DNA of 64,000 nt from Amphiscolops sp. MND2022. Its lineage: Eukaryota. The notes beneath the pieces are model-generated. The model saw nothing but the letters and a program-made list of their open reading frames with translations, made no database searches and had not been told where the DNA came from. The position numbers were made by a program, and so were the translations under genes. The stretch is taken from the NCBI GenBank assembly GCA_964187785.1, contig OZ076409.1, positions 35,962,001 through 36,026,000 of the forward strand, read 5' to 3'. Below, piece by piece: positions 37,551 to 50,251 of this stretch (the first letter of the stretch is position 1; each line of letters begins with the position of its first letter).

Positions 37551-39999
37551 CAGGTAACGTTTTTGACCTGCCTTAGCAGAACCAACTTGAAAACCAAAAA
37601 GAGCGATTGAATAAAAACGGATATCATGTTTCCTCAAAAAATACACGAAGCGGAAAATAAATTTCCATCCACTTTCTACTTGAAATCTAAATCGAGTGCT
37701 GCTGTTTTTTTCGACAGTACACGGAGAAATAGAACGAATTGACAAAAAGTTGACAAAAGTTTTTCAAAGCTTCATTTCTCCATGAATAATAGTCACAGCT
37801 CAAATCGGTTTTCTGTTCCTGAAAGCCCTTCACTTAAGTCTTAAAAAGCACACTAATTGGGCGGGGAGTTGACACCAATTGTTGGGGTGAGAGCTTTTCA
37901 TATCTGTCGGACTCATAGCTGAAGCTCATTGGAAAAACTTATGCGTTTTCAATGTTGGCCTACTGACAGAGCCGACAAATTTAAAAATTCAAAACTAACC
38001 TTTGAAGAATTTCTGCTCAGTTCAAAAATTGGGTGCCATTTTGTTGATTGGAAAGAAGGTCAGGTTTTTTATTGAGTTAAAAGTGGGGTTCAATTGTAAC
38101 GGCAAGCAGTTATCGGTCGCTTAACACGTTAACAGAGGTGGAGGAACCTGCAGGAATGGGTGAATCGCTCGGGACAGGCGCCCATTGCCACAGATCCATT
38201 TTGCCTCCAGGGGTGAAATACGTCCCGGGGCCGCGGGTGCTTCGACGAATACTGTCCAACCGGTCCTAGTCTTTGATTGCTAATAGTAACGGGCATCTTT
38301 CTGACTCTCTAAAGACCACCGCTTAACTAGCATATAAAAACAATGCCAAGAATAAGGTAAATTTCCAGTTCCAGGGTGACATGTGAATAAGATCTAAAAT
38401 TGGGGAATAAGATCTAAACTAGCGCTAGCGCTACTGAATACAGCCAAAATCACTGAAAATACATGAAAACAGGCACGAATATGGCAAACCACACAGCTAA
38501 AAAGCTGGGGCGCAGGGGCTCCAAGCACCAAACAAGGATCTTTAGGCGAAAAGACTCATTTTTACGGTTTCCGCTACATAGGGTAGCATAATGCTGAAAA
38601 TCAATAAAACCGGTGTTAGCACCTCAAAAAGAGTCTATTTTCGGATGTTCTTGCCGTCTCTGGCTTCTGTCATGGCGGCGCGCCCGTGTTCTTGCTCGTT
38701 CTTGCTCTTTGTTGTCGAAGTACCTGCTAATTTCGTGGAAACAGCGAAAAGAGCAATCACATGCTCAGTGCCACGTCACACATCGGATTAGAATTTTTGA
38801 CAAAATTTCTGAACATGTCAAAGTTGCAAAATTGGTTGATATTGCTGTACCAGAGCTTGCCGTTACATTACTCCCCGGGCTTTATGCATGACGTCCCTGT
38901 CATGCGGAGAGGCTGGCATTGAATACATCGCCACATCACGAGTGCAATCCACGGGGGTCTCAAGCTGGTGATGTTGCAACGGTCCAGTGGCACTGTCATC
39001 TTTTGCTGATTGGGCAACCATGAGGTCTTGCTTCTTGCCATCCAGAGAACCTACATCGTCCACAAACTGTTGAAACAGAGCTAGCTCGAGAGTTAGAAAA
39101 CCAGTACTCAAAAATGCACCTTGCAATTGATCAAATCCAAGATTCCATACATCAAAAAAAAAGCACCACTTTTTTAGCACGAGTTTTCTGCAAAAGTCTA
39201 AAGAGGATCCTGCTAGCACTTTGGTTTTTGGACGTCTAAAATTTCTTTTACGGAGCGCTCACGCTCCAAAGCGCACGTGGTTCTCAGCAAAACATCTTTT
39301 CCACGGCAATAAAATTTCAGTTTGCAGCACAGTTAAAAGTTCTTTTCGCTAAAAATTCTTTTCAGCAGAAAAACTACTGTTTAAAAGGAAGACAAGCTGT
39401 TTCTTTAATACTTTTTTTTTACAGTTCGGCTTGGTTTGGGCAACACGCACTGATGTGCAGCTCCATACATGTATAGAGTTCAGTAGCATCTGTCAAGGAG
39501 CGCATCAGAAGCAAACTACGAACTGCTCGTAAGAGTAAGCACTGGAGTAAAGCAGACAAAGGTAGATCAAATCCTGCCATTTGCAGATCAGGAGCGCGCG
39601 CGCTCCTTATTTTTCCGGATATCACGTTGGAATCTGGAGGAAACTTCTGGAAATCTTGGAAAAGAAAAACAAAAATAGCACCTTTCGGGCGTAGCAATAC
39701 ATGTAGAGTTTTTGGGTTATTTATTGAATTAACAGAAGTATTTGGATTCAAACATCTCAAACAAAACTGAAACAAAAATGTCGCGACGTACGTTTACATG
39801 ACTACTAAAATTACAAAGCAAAGTTGCAGAAAAAACTGCTCCAACAAGAGCATCACGCTGCAAGGTATCCATTACCAAACGTAGTGATATCCTCCAGGCG
39901 TTATCCAATTGAGTTGATGAGTGTAGGGGTGTTTGTCTTCAACTGGGGCTCCCCGGGCCTTAGTTGACTCCCCGGGCCTTAGTCGTTGAGCACCCTCTT

Positions 40000-40992
40000 T
40001 CACGTGAGGACAGTGAGGAATGGACAAAATTGAATGCCTGACATAAAAATGCAGCAGGAAAGATTAAGCGTTGACGACACCTCCTCCCCCTTTGAAAAGA
40101 AGTGGAGTGTGGTTTGGACTGGATAGACATCACCATCCAATAGCAGCAGGACATGCAACAAGCATGAAGCATCAGGAAATCCGATAAAGAAAATCTTGGA
40201 GACTGGGTCTGTCTCAAGACTGGAATAGTTGTTCGGAGGACGGCCACGCCTATGTCCCTTCGGTCGAAGCGACCATGGTAGAACTTGGCGTGGTGGACGG
40301 CCACGGCGACGTCCATCGTAAAGGGACAAGAGAACTTTTTTCCATGAGTGCTCACAGTCTGTGCGGGGTGGTCGACCACGTCTATGACCAGTTGGTCGAG
40401 TTTTAGCTGAACCACCAGGCAACCAATTGATAAAGACTGGCGGGTCCACCTGAATAAAATCCTGTAGCCCACGTTTAGCAGAATGTGGCTCAAAGGAGTC
40501 TTTCCGCAAACTCGGTAGCAACTTCGTAGTTGATGTTAGGGACTTTGTTCCAGGGAAGTGAGAGTTGCTTACAGAATCTTGCGATAAGGGAGTGGAGGGT
40601 GAGATTGATATTCGTTCATTCTTCGTATCACTTGAGTGGAGGTTGCGCTCGCGCAACCCATTATCATCGGCGTGATATTCAGCCAAAGTCTCAGCAATAC
40701 ACAAAGCAATACATATGGTTGTGGTGTCCAAAGATGTTGGGTCCACCCCCATGTCTTTTGTTGGCGGTGTCAATGGTTCTGATTCGACGGCGTCTGAAAT
40801 ATTGATCTGCATTTGTGCTAGCGCTCGCGCTATCGCTCGCGTTAGCAGTTTCTCCTGGCAAAGCGTGCTTTGTTCCAAAAAGTCTGATATCTCATCCACA
40901 TAGAGTCCCGTAGTCGAGAGTGCGTCCCAGGCACGCAACGCTGCTGACGTGAGCTGTTCAGGATGAACTTTCGAAGTCCTAGAGGAGTCCAT
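40000..40992 (-). CDS. 330-aa protein with three AT-hook-like RRGRPP motifs, carried by the LTR element
   Basis: Uninterrupted ATG-initiated ORF with HRRGRPPR, RRRGRPPR and HRRGRPPN. Same orientation as the PBS and PPT. Confidence 0.65.
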   Translation of the reverse strand: MDSSRTSKVHPEQLTSAALRAWDALSTTGLYVDEISDFLEQSTLCQEKLLTRAIARALAQMQINISDAVESEPLTPPTKDMGVDPTSLDTTTICIALCIAETLAEYHADDNGLRERNLHSSDTKNERISISPSTPLSQDSVSNSHFPGTKSLTSTTKLLPSLRKDSFEPHSAKRGLQDFIQVDPPVFINWLPGGSAKTRPTGHRRGRPPRTDCEHSWKKVLLSLYDGRRRGRPPRQVLPWSLRPKGHRRGRPPNNYSSLETDPVSKIFFIGFPDASCLLHVLLLLDGDVYPVQTTLHFFSKGEEVSSTLNLSCCIFMSGIQFCPFLTVLT

Positions 40993-41099
40993 AATTTATG
41001 ACCCCTGCCGGCAATTTTTTTGAACCGTGGGATTTGCCTCGTTTGCACCCAGGTGGGTCTATTGGGTCCCTTCCGTTGGAAAATGAAGGCTTTTTGGGT

Positions 41100-43350
41100 C
41101 TGCCTCCGGTACAGCGGAAGTATTGAAGGTTTACAATGATAGATTTTCTGGTGTTTTTTGAATTTTGTTCAAGACGTGTGTCTGAACAGAGTCAAATTCA
41201 GTTTTATCAATCGTACTGGGTACAAAATGACACAGCACAATTTGTCAGCTACACAAGTCAGAAAAATAACCTTCCGTAGCTGATAATTGCCTCCAGCTTC
41301 AAGCTAGAGCCTTTTTCAACGATTTTTGGATTTTTCAACTTTTTTCGAAAATCACTGAAATGGCTTGTACAAGTGCTGGAAACGAGGTATCGGGCTCAAA
41401 AATGGTCACGCGATCACACGTATAGCCAGCTACACTACAGTAACAACCAATGAGAATTCAGACCACTGGGCAAGATTTAGATCTGATACTGACGTTCCGT
41501 ATCACCGTGTCTCGAATGACACGATTTTTCACATGCAATCAAAGACTCTCGTCCACTGTGCTGAGCTCTCAAGCTCACTTTTTTCAGCAACGGTGCACCA
41601 ACTGACACTAATAGGAATAGTCCAGGGCAATGTAGTCCCAACTTTCCAATAAGGTGCGCCGACAGTTCCGAAAAATGATCCAATTCGTTACAATACACAG
41701 GATATCACAACTTCAAGTAACAAAATCCTATGATCCAGCAAGGCAGCCCACTCGATACTGATCAAATAGTACACGCACAGCAATGAACGAACTACTGGGA
41801 GGTCAAACTAGAGGTTTCCACAGGTTTTCAACACGTAGAAATGACTTTTTTTCCCACTTTCCTAGTTTTCGTCTTGGTGGACCCTTGGACTGAAACAATG
41901 AATATGCACGTCCAAGAATAGTCGAAATTAGCTCCAGGGGTTGCAGCGTCCTGGAAGGTATACAGCACTTCCAGATTGATGCACTGACCCAACAAGTGAG
42001 TCCAGAATCGGGGTAATAGGATCCAGTCACAGGTCAGAGATTTTTCAGGTATTTTTTGGGTTTTTCAACTTCACTTGAAAAAAACTCCAGAGGCTAGCGC
42101 TAACGCTAGAAACGCAGGATCGGCTTCAAAATCAACCACACAGTCCCACGTAAGTTGAGGTACAAGGGAAGAATAGCTGATTTGTGCTGAGATGATTAGG
42201 TGAAGTTTCAACACAGTACAGACGTTCGGTATCACCGTGTTCCAATATGCAGTGTTCTTCACGTGTCAACTCAGATTCCGGCAAACAGCAAAGAGCTCTC
42301 AAGCTCGTTTTTTCGGCAACAATACGATAAACTTGCACTGGTTACGATGGTGGGCAGCAATTTGGCCCCACTCTTTGAATAAGGTGTTCAGGCAATCCCA
42401 CCAGACTTCGTAGAATTCGCCTTCTTGCGCACCTTGTGCAGTTTGTTTTAGTCAATTTCTCAACAGATACAGTACCGATTGACACCAAACTTGGCAAACG
42501 CTGTCAGTAGGCACCAATCACGCTGTTAGGGTAGTGAAATAGACGGTGGTAGGCTTGCAGGGGGTCTTCTCAAGGATTTGGCCCTCTGCTCGTCTCGGTG
42601 AGGACTTAAGAAAATTGATGTTTTTTAACGTCCAAGATTTTTCAAAACACGTTCTAAGGCTCGTAGGCTGTTCAAATTTGCACAGCTGTTTCCCACAAGC
42701 ACACTGGGCCAGAAAATCAACCTGGTTTAGGGCAAAAAGTCTGCGGTTACTCACAGGAAGAATTTCAAAGATTCTTAGGTTTTCCCAAAAATCGCACAAC
42801 AACTCTCCAGAGCCTCGTGTGTGCACTGGAATCGCCGTATCCAGCTCAAAATTGACCAGCAGATCTTAGGTACACGCAGGTTTACGAAAAAAAACACAGA
42901 ATTGAGCTGCACCCCTTCTACACAGTTTCACCTAGGTACAGACGTGCGGTATCACTATGTACCAAAATACACTGTTTTTCACGTCTTTTTCAAGATTGCG
43001 GTCCACTGGAAGAAGCTAATAAGCTCAAATTTTCTGCAGCAACGTAGGAGGTAGCACAGGTTACGATGGTGGGCTGCAATATAGCCCCACCTGTCGGCTG
43101 AGGTGCCCGGGTTACTTGGAAAAATTAAGAAAAAACTGCCTTTTTGCACACCTTTTTGGGTGCCACGTTTTTCCTATTTTCTCAACAAGTATCACACAAA
43201 TCGGCACCAAACTTAGTAGTTTATGCCTGTGGGCACCTACAATGCCACTGATATGGTCGAATTGAAGCGCGAGCGCTTATTTGAGGTTTCGACCCACTAT
43301 GTACGTTGTACACGAAAAAACACTGTTTTTGACGACTTTTTTCACAAATT
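41100..43350. repeat. Three diverged ~720-730-bp tandem units inside the LTR element
   Basis: Core GACGTN(C/G)GTATCAC...AAGCTC...GCAAC...AGGTG recurs at ~41490, ~42220 and ~42940. Confidence 0.75.
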
Positions 43351-45633
43351 GACCAAGAGGATCACCTCAGAAAGTGATACGGCGGGCAAAATGGGACCAA
43401 CGTGTCGCCCCACTAATCGTAGCACTGGGATAAACCCTCAATTGGTTGTGCCCGTTAGGTATGAGGCACTGACAGTCCTGCAGTTTTGGATTTTTTCGGT
43501 CCTTTTACGCTTCTCTGAGGTCGAAACGTCAGAGAGCTTTTCTCGACTTTGGTGATCGATACGCCCACCAAATTTTTAGCACTAACGTTAATTTTTGTGG
43601 TGGTTACGAAAATGCAACCACTTTTTAGCTAGGGTTCAGGAATCGATGACTCGACCCTAGCTCAGAGACAGTCCGATTTTGTGGAAAATTGATCAAATTC
43701 AGTGCGTTTTTTCGCTTTTCTCAGCACTGAATGGGAGTTTTTACACGCGGTTTTCACCACCACGCGTTATTTTTACTACAAAAACAGAAAATGAGAGCGC
43801 GCGGGCTCCCAGGTCTCGAAAACACTGAGTGCCCCAGAGGTTTTAATGATGCACTCTGGCACTCCTGAAACTGACTAAAAATCAAGGTTTTTCGACCTGT
43901 TCTCACCAAGAAAACGTTACAAACTATCTTAAATCCTATTTTCGGTACTGTAAAGTGTGCCCCAAACTAATAGCAGCACGGAAGAGGCAATTACATCACA
44001 ATCCAGCACTCTCCCAGTGGCATTTCATAGTGGTTTTTTGCCAATTTCGCCAAAAACCGGGTTTTTTCATGCAAAATGTGTCTCAAAAAGGACTCCAACG
44101 GCCTTTCTGGTTATCGTTACATTATGTAGCATAACCCTCAAGGTTTTGGGCTGCTTTCTATTCATTTTTGCAACTGCTGTGGCTAATACTTCGAGCGCTC
44201 GCGCTCGTACCAAGAAAAGTACTCAAAAATGCCAAAAATCACGTTTTTGCGACTTTTGCACTAAAAATCGCACTTTTTTCACTGAAAACGGGTGCAAAAG
44301 CACACACTTAGTTGCAACAGGGTAAAACTAGCATGCACAAATGATTCCCCGTCAAAAAATACACAATCTAAAATTTTTTTCATACCATACTCCGAAAAAC
44401 TGATACTTCTGGAATGAGGGGTGGTACTTTCGTCGTCTTTTTTCTCAACACCCAGACCAGCTAGAGAGAAACAGTTTGGACCGTCGGCAACGTCAGCACT
44501 TGTTCTACCTTTCCACCAAAAACCATCCCTCTAGCACGTCTCCACGAGAAATGGGAAAGGAGAGTCGGGAACACTCGTTTCAGCTCATCTATCAGTCGGA
44601 TGGAATATGGTTCAACCATCAACTTCGCCTCTCGTACATAGCCAAAAACGCTGAAATGAGCTGTAAAACACCTGTTACAACATGCGTAACGGCTTTCTAG
44701 CGGTTCGCTAAGCCATTACAAAGGTACCCGCTGATGGGAACGTGCAATTTTAGACGATACCTGTCAACAAATACCTGTTATCAAAACGTACCATAGGTAT
44801 TCGGAAAAATCCCCCGAAATACAGGAAAAATACCAAAATATAATGTCATATCATCTAAAAAATTTGGAAAAACTCTGGGTAAACGTCTCCTTCCAGAGTC
44901 CAATCGTTCTTGGCGTCCAATACCAGGGGGTCGGAAATTTCAAAACCATATAATAGGGCAGTAATCGGAAGCGATCCCTCTGTGGTCGCCAAAAAATGAG
45001 GTCTCATGTAACGGCAAGCAGTTATCGGTCGCTTAACACGTTAACAGAGGTGGAGGAACCTGCAGGAATGGGTGAATCGCTCGGGACAGGCGCCCATTGC
45101 CACAGATCCATTTTGCCTCCAGGGGTGAAATACGTCCCGGGGCCGCGGGTGCTTCGACGAATACTGTCCAACCGGTCCTAGTCTTTGATTGCTAATAGTA
45201 ACGGGCATCTTTCTGACTCTCTAAAGACCACCGCTTAACTAGCATATAAAAACAATGCCAAGAATAAGGTAAATTTCCAGTTCCAGGGTGACATGTGAAT
45301 AAGATCTAAAATTGGGGAATAAGATCTAAACTAGCGCTAGCGCTACTGAATACAGCCAAAATCACTGAAAATACATGAAAACAGGCACGAATATGGCAAA
45401 CCACACAGCTAAAAAGCTGGGGCGCAGGGGCTCCAAGCACCAAACAAGGATCTTTAGGCGAAAAGACTCATTTTTACGGTTTCCGCTACATAGGGTAGCA
45501 TAATGCTGAAAATCAATAAAACCGGTGTTAGCACCTCAAAAAGAGTCTATTTTCGGATGTTCTTGCCGTCTCTGCCTTCTGTCATGGCGGCGCGCCCGTG
45601 TTCTTGCTCGTTCTTGCTCTTTGTTGTCGAAGT

Positions 45634-46570
45634 GGGAGACAGGAATTCGGACTAATGAAATAGGACTAATGTTCAAAACTGAAATAGGACTAATGGAAAT
45701 AGGACTAATTCTTTTTTAGTGCCGCCTTAGAACTAATGGAAATAGGACTAAATGAAATAGGACTAAACAACTTTTGGCACGCAAATTTTGCAATTACGTT
45801 GATCAAATTGACAAAATCACGACATGTTCAAATGTAAACATCGAACATAACAGTAGTACAACAAAAAAAAACGCAGAAGCGGATAAAAACATGGTACAAA
45901 ATGCAAATTGGAAACGTGGAACATGAAAGTAGTACAAAAGTAACGTATTACAATTGATCAACATAAAATTGATACAATCATTATTTTTTCCTCCCATTGA
46001 GTTTATAAAATAGTCAGATCTCAAATCAATTCAAGCATAAAAAATTAACCTATCGTAAATGTCTCAAAATTTTCAGTACTTTCCCCTTCCAAAGTTGGGC
46101 ATATTCGGTGTATGCACGCTCGCCCTCACCGTCGAAAAGACCAGCTCCCACTACGATCGCTTCGCGATCTCCGTTCCCGCTAGGTCTTTGCTCCTGTTCG
46201 ACCTCGCTTAGCAAGATGGGAACATAAGCGGCCCCAAGGGGCCGCGGGGCACTAGAGGAAATGAGGAAATATCAGAGGCACGTTTTATACTTTGTACAAC
46301 TTTATATATTAATCCTTTAGATGATATTCCGTTCTCCCTTTGGGTCTCATTTCGCATTTAAGGTCTTATTCCCACGTTTTTAGTTCCAATTCCCGTAACG
46401 AATTAGTTCTAATTCCTGTTTTTAGTTCCAATTCCTGTAACAAATTAGTTCTAATTCCTGTTTCAGAAAATGCGAAATTAGTTCTATTTCACATGAACGT
46501 TTCAGAAATTTTGAGCATGTTAGTCCTAATTCCATTAGTTCTATTTCTTTAGTCCGATTTCCGTTTACCC
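45634..46570. mobile_element. GG-ended MITE (MULE/Merlin-like) inserted in the 5' LTR
   Basis: Absent from the other LTR. Perfect 8-bp TSD GTCGAAGT (45626-45633, 46571-46578). Inverted GAAATAGGACTAA subrepeats. Confidence 0.92.
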
Positions 46571-47254
46571 GTCGAAGTACCTGCTAATTTCGTGGAAACA
46601 GCGAAAAGAGCAATCACATGCTCAGTGCCACGTCACACATCGGATTAGAATTTTTGACAAAATTTCTGAACATGTCAAAGTTGCAAAATTGGTTGATATT
46701 GCTGTACCAGAGCTTGCCGTTACAAATTATTAAATCTTCTCGAAAAAGTCTATGACCGTAAATTAGCTGTGTCAATCTGACTGATATGTTCAAAAGCTTT
46801 GTCTCGTGTTTCCATAATGATTGAAAAGAAACTGCTCTGCGTGAACTTTTGGAAGCCTACTTTTAAATTAAATTACCTGACATTCTCATGGAGATTCGCT
46901 TCAAATGATACCAAAGAGGCACCGATTTTCACTCGGTGAGGTTTCAATTTCTATATTGGATATGAGTAATCTTTTTTTCAGTTGTTATGGGTTGCCGCTA
47001 TGCTAAGTTTGGTTTCTTGATTTTCTCATATCATCACTGTGACCCGCAACGGTGGAGCAGACAAAAATTCAAGAACAGAACATAACCTTCATGGGTTTTT
47101 TCATTTTAATCTAAGCTCGTAAAGGCTTTTTTCTTGCTAAAAATCAAAGAAGAATTCCGGTAAAAAAATGAAAAAAAGTCGCACAGTGTCCAAAACGCCA
47201 CTGAAGGGGTTCGTTTGGTCTCCCCTCTACATTTGCCATTACATAAAATTTTAG

Positions 47255-47340
47255 TACAGTGCGGATTCGAACGCACGTATTTCTACCTCTCAGGCCCCGT
47301 CGCTAGGCCTAAAAATTCGCGTTAACCACTAGGCCTATTG
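47255..47340 (-). other. tRNA-like A-box/B-box remnant (SINE-like) within a family 1-like fragment
   Basis: The minus strand reads TAGTGGTTAACGCG ... GTTCGAATCC. No convincing cloverleaf. Confidence 0.35.
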
Positions 47341-47802
47341 GAAAGTCCTTTCAAGCTTTCCAGCGTTTCTAGTAGATATTGGCAGAAAATGAAGAGAAAA
47401 ATTTTTAACAATTTGTGTTAAAACTAAGACTTTTCGTCTCTTAAGAAAACGAAGAAATAAAAACGAACCCACCTCAGTCTATTTCCACCATTGAGGACCT
47501 CAGAGAGGTAAATATTTCAAAATATACCTTTAACACACTTTCAAGGGAAATCAAATTTAATCTCTTTGACATATATCTGTTCCCATCTGTTTGTTTCACA
47601 TACTTTCTCATTGTTCTCATTTTTTGAAACTATTCGAGAAGTGGAATCTTATTTTGCCCATCTTTTTTTCTCAAACTTTAGATTTTTTTTGCTAAATCCT
47701 AGTCTAGCACAATTCTGGATCATCATCCATTGTTTCAACGTCACCTCGCGTCGAAATGCTCTTTCTGCCTCGAAGCATTTCCTAAGATGTTTTGACATTG
47801 AC

Positions 47803-48301
47803 CAGTGAATTGTACACGATACACGATACACGACAGGATACACGATTTTTTGCTTTTTCAATACACGAACCTACACGATTTTTTGAAATACACACAAAAA
47901 ATATACGAAATACACGAAATAAGAGATAATTAAATTGAGCGCGTGAATGTGGTAATTGACCGTAGGAATTGAATTGCATGAATTGATCCAAATACTGATC
48001 ATTGATGTTTTAGCCATTCCAGCAAGCTCAGGAGCGGTCGAGAGGCTATTTTCTCAATGTAACATGCGATGCGCGAATAGAAGAAACTGTATGTCGCCAA
48101 AGAACTTGGAAATTTTGGTTTAAAATGAGTAAGATGAAAATCAAACTTTCGAAGTTCTTTATTTTTCAGAAAAATACACGAATATACACGATTGTACACG
48201 AAAATACACAATTTTTTTAAAATACACGAATACACGTAACGGTTTTTGCAAATACACGAAATACACGATACACGAAAAACTTGATACACGACAATTCACT
48301 G
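47803..48301. mobile_element. hAT-type MITE with ATACACG subrepeats
   Basis: TIR CAGTGAATTGT and an 8-bp TSD ACATTGAC/ACATTGAG. Confidence 0.85.
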
Positions 48302-48637
48302 ACATTGAGCCTCGGTTGGAACCCTGGTTGATCATTGAATCTATGTCATGAACTTGTAATGGTGTGAGTAGGAGATTTGTCTCTTCTACCACTGGTATGT
48401 GATGATTTAGATTTGGTGCAGAGTGAGTGACATGGGAGCCAAACTTTGAATGACTACTTGTCCGTACTCATTGCTTCAAAAACTCCGGCTTTGTAAAAGT
48501 TTATTCAAGATCAAAAAAATCAAGTGATCGAGAATACGCTAATCTAGATTGCAGGTTCAATTTTCCTTTAGCACTAAATGGCTTTGCTTTAAAACGATTG
48601 AGATTCAAAAGATTTTTCTGATCTCATTCTCAACTGT

Positions 48638-49246
48638 TCACTCTTCCTGATCGTCCAATTCCGCCAATTCTTTTGTCAACGAGAAAATGATCTCCTTCTG
48701 AAGTTTCACAATCTTGTTGGTGGCAAGTAACTCGCTTTTCAATTGTTCAACCAGTCTCATTTGCTTATGATATGTTTTCACACCTTCTGTTTGCAACTTT
48801 CGTAGCTCTTTTTTGGTGGTCTTTAACTCAGTGTCATCTTCTAGCGCGTGAGCGTCCATATAAGGCGATAAATGAATCATCAAAAGACAATCAGTCCAAG
48901 TGCCTTTCAAGTCCTCGTAGCGTGAACAAACTAAAACGTCATCAGTGAAACCCTGTTTCTTGAAAAAGGGAATTGCGTCAGCGTCTGCTAGTACTGCTAA
49001 GGTGTCGTAGAAATCTACAATTTTGGGGTCTTTGATTTTCTCCATCAAAAATTGCCCAAGGCCCAGTTTGCGGTACTTTTTTCTAACTGCAATCACTGTG
49101 ATGTGGTTTATTCTTTCCTGAGGGATTATTCTGCTTCTTTCGATTGTGATGGCGGCGATCAGTCGATTTTCGATGCTTATTGATGATTGTTTGATACGTT
49201 GAGTACTTCTGCTGTAAAGACGTCTTTCATGTCTCCGCTGACAGAC
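48638..49246 (-). CDS. Last exon of a GCN5-like GNAT acetyltransferase gene
   Basis: TTTTTAG acceptor in phase 0. IAVRKKYRKLGLGQFLM (motif A), VLADADAIPFFKKQGFT (GCN5-like motif B), coiled-coil-like tail, stop codon. Confidence 0.85.
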   Translation of the reverse strand, partial: VCQRRHERRLYSRSTQRIKQSSISIENRLIAAITIERSRIIPQERINHITVIAVRKKYRKLGLGQFLMEKIKDPKIVDFYDTLAVLADADAIPFFKKQGFTDDVLVCSRYEDLKGTWTDCLLMIHLSPYMDAHALEDDTELKTTKKELRKLQTEGVKTYHKQMRLVEQLKSELLATNKIVKLQKEIIFSLTKELAELDDQEE

Positions 49247-49819
49247 CTAAAAATAAACCATAAATGCAATAAGTTGATAACCTAATTGAAAATTTTCTAC
49301 TGCAGTAAAATGGCTTGTCTTGCAGCTATTCCGCAGAAGAAAAGCAAAAAAACTATTTCTCAAGTAGACTTTTTGGTTTTTAATGAAATTATAAAGGGAT
49401 CAAATACTGACTTGCATTACGGAATTGATTACCAGCAGAAATGAGTAAAGCAGAAAAAACTACAGTATGCACAACTATTATATATAACAGAAATGAAAAA
49501 CAAAAAAGAATTTTTTAACTGTTCTCCATGAATCGGTTGGCAGCTAGCTCTAAAAAATAACAGTTTAAGTTAAGCGAAGAACATACGATTCTTCACCTAA
49601 TGTTGTTTCGCATGTTTTTCAACTTCGTTTTGAACGTTAAAATTCAAATCTGGTTTCTGAACTTCAAAAGATTGCAAAAAACATGTGCAACTTTGAACTT
49701 ACGACGTCTGGCAATTGTTGATATATTTGTGAACAATTGATAGAAATGAGTAGTGAAGCAATTGTATGCAAGCTCAGTTCCAGCTATATTTCGCATGGAA
49801 AATCATCGCAGCTATAGTC

Positions 49820-50139
49820 GGAGCTCGACAATTCGTACCCACAACATTTCGTACACGCGATATTCCGTACAAAAATGAAACCAGACATTTCGTACAAAAA
49901 TAAAACTCGACATTTCGTACAAAAATGAAACCCGTCATTTCGTACAAAAATGAAACCCGACATTTCGTACAAATATATAATGTTTTACCCCTTTTTTTAC
50001 CTCACTTTGATTCAAATTTTGTACGAAATGTCTTTTGTACGAAATGTCGGGTTTCGTTTTTGTACCAATTGTCCGTGAATGAAATGTCGAGTTTTTGGCT
50101 ATTGTACGAAATGTCGTTCGTACGAATTGTCGTGGTGCC
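49820..50139. mobile_element. GG-ended MITE (MULE-like) in the GNAT gene intron
   Basis: Inverted CGACAATTCGTAC ends, internal ACATTTCGTACAAAAA repeats, 9-bp flanks GCTATAGTC/GGTATAGTC. Confidence 0.75.
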
Positions 50140-50251
50140 GGTATAGTCATATCAGAACACTTTCTTCCGAGAATCTAAAAACGCTATAAAGGTGAATCAA
50201 TGTACCAAAGGATTCAAGCTACCCATGATGAATACTTTCTTAAACCGAATT

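Larger units (their letters stand above)
38095..46724 (-). mobile_element. Young non-autonomous large LTR element (LARD-like), no gag/pol detected
   Basis: 773-bp LTRs TGTAACGGCAAGC...GCTTGCCGTTACA at 38095-38867 and 45007-46724 (the latter split by a MITE). PBS TGGCGACCACAGAGGGATC at ~44991-44973 (tRNA-Arg-like). PPT-like AAAGCCCGGGGAG at ~38883-38871. The TSD is unclear. Confidence 0.9.

Noticed and set aside
38090..38094. TSD for the 38095-46724 element
   Set aside because: The flanks TCAAT and AATTA share only AAT, so no clean 4-6-bp TSD can be claimed.
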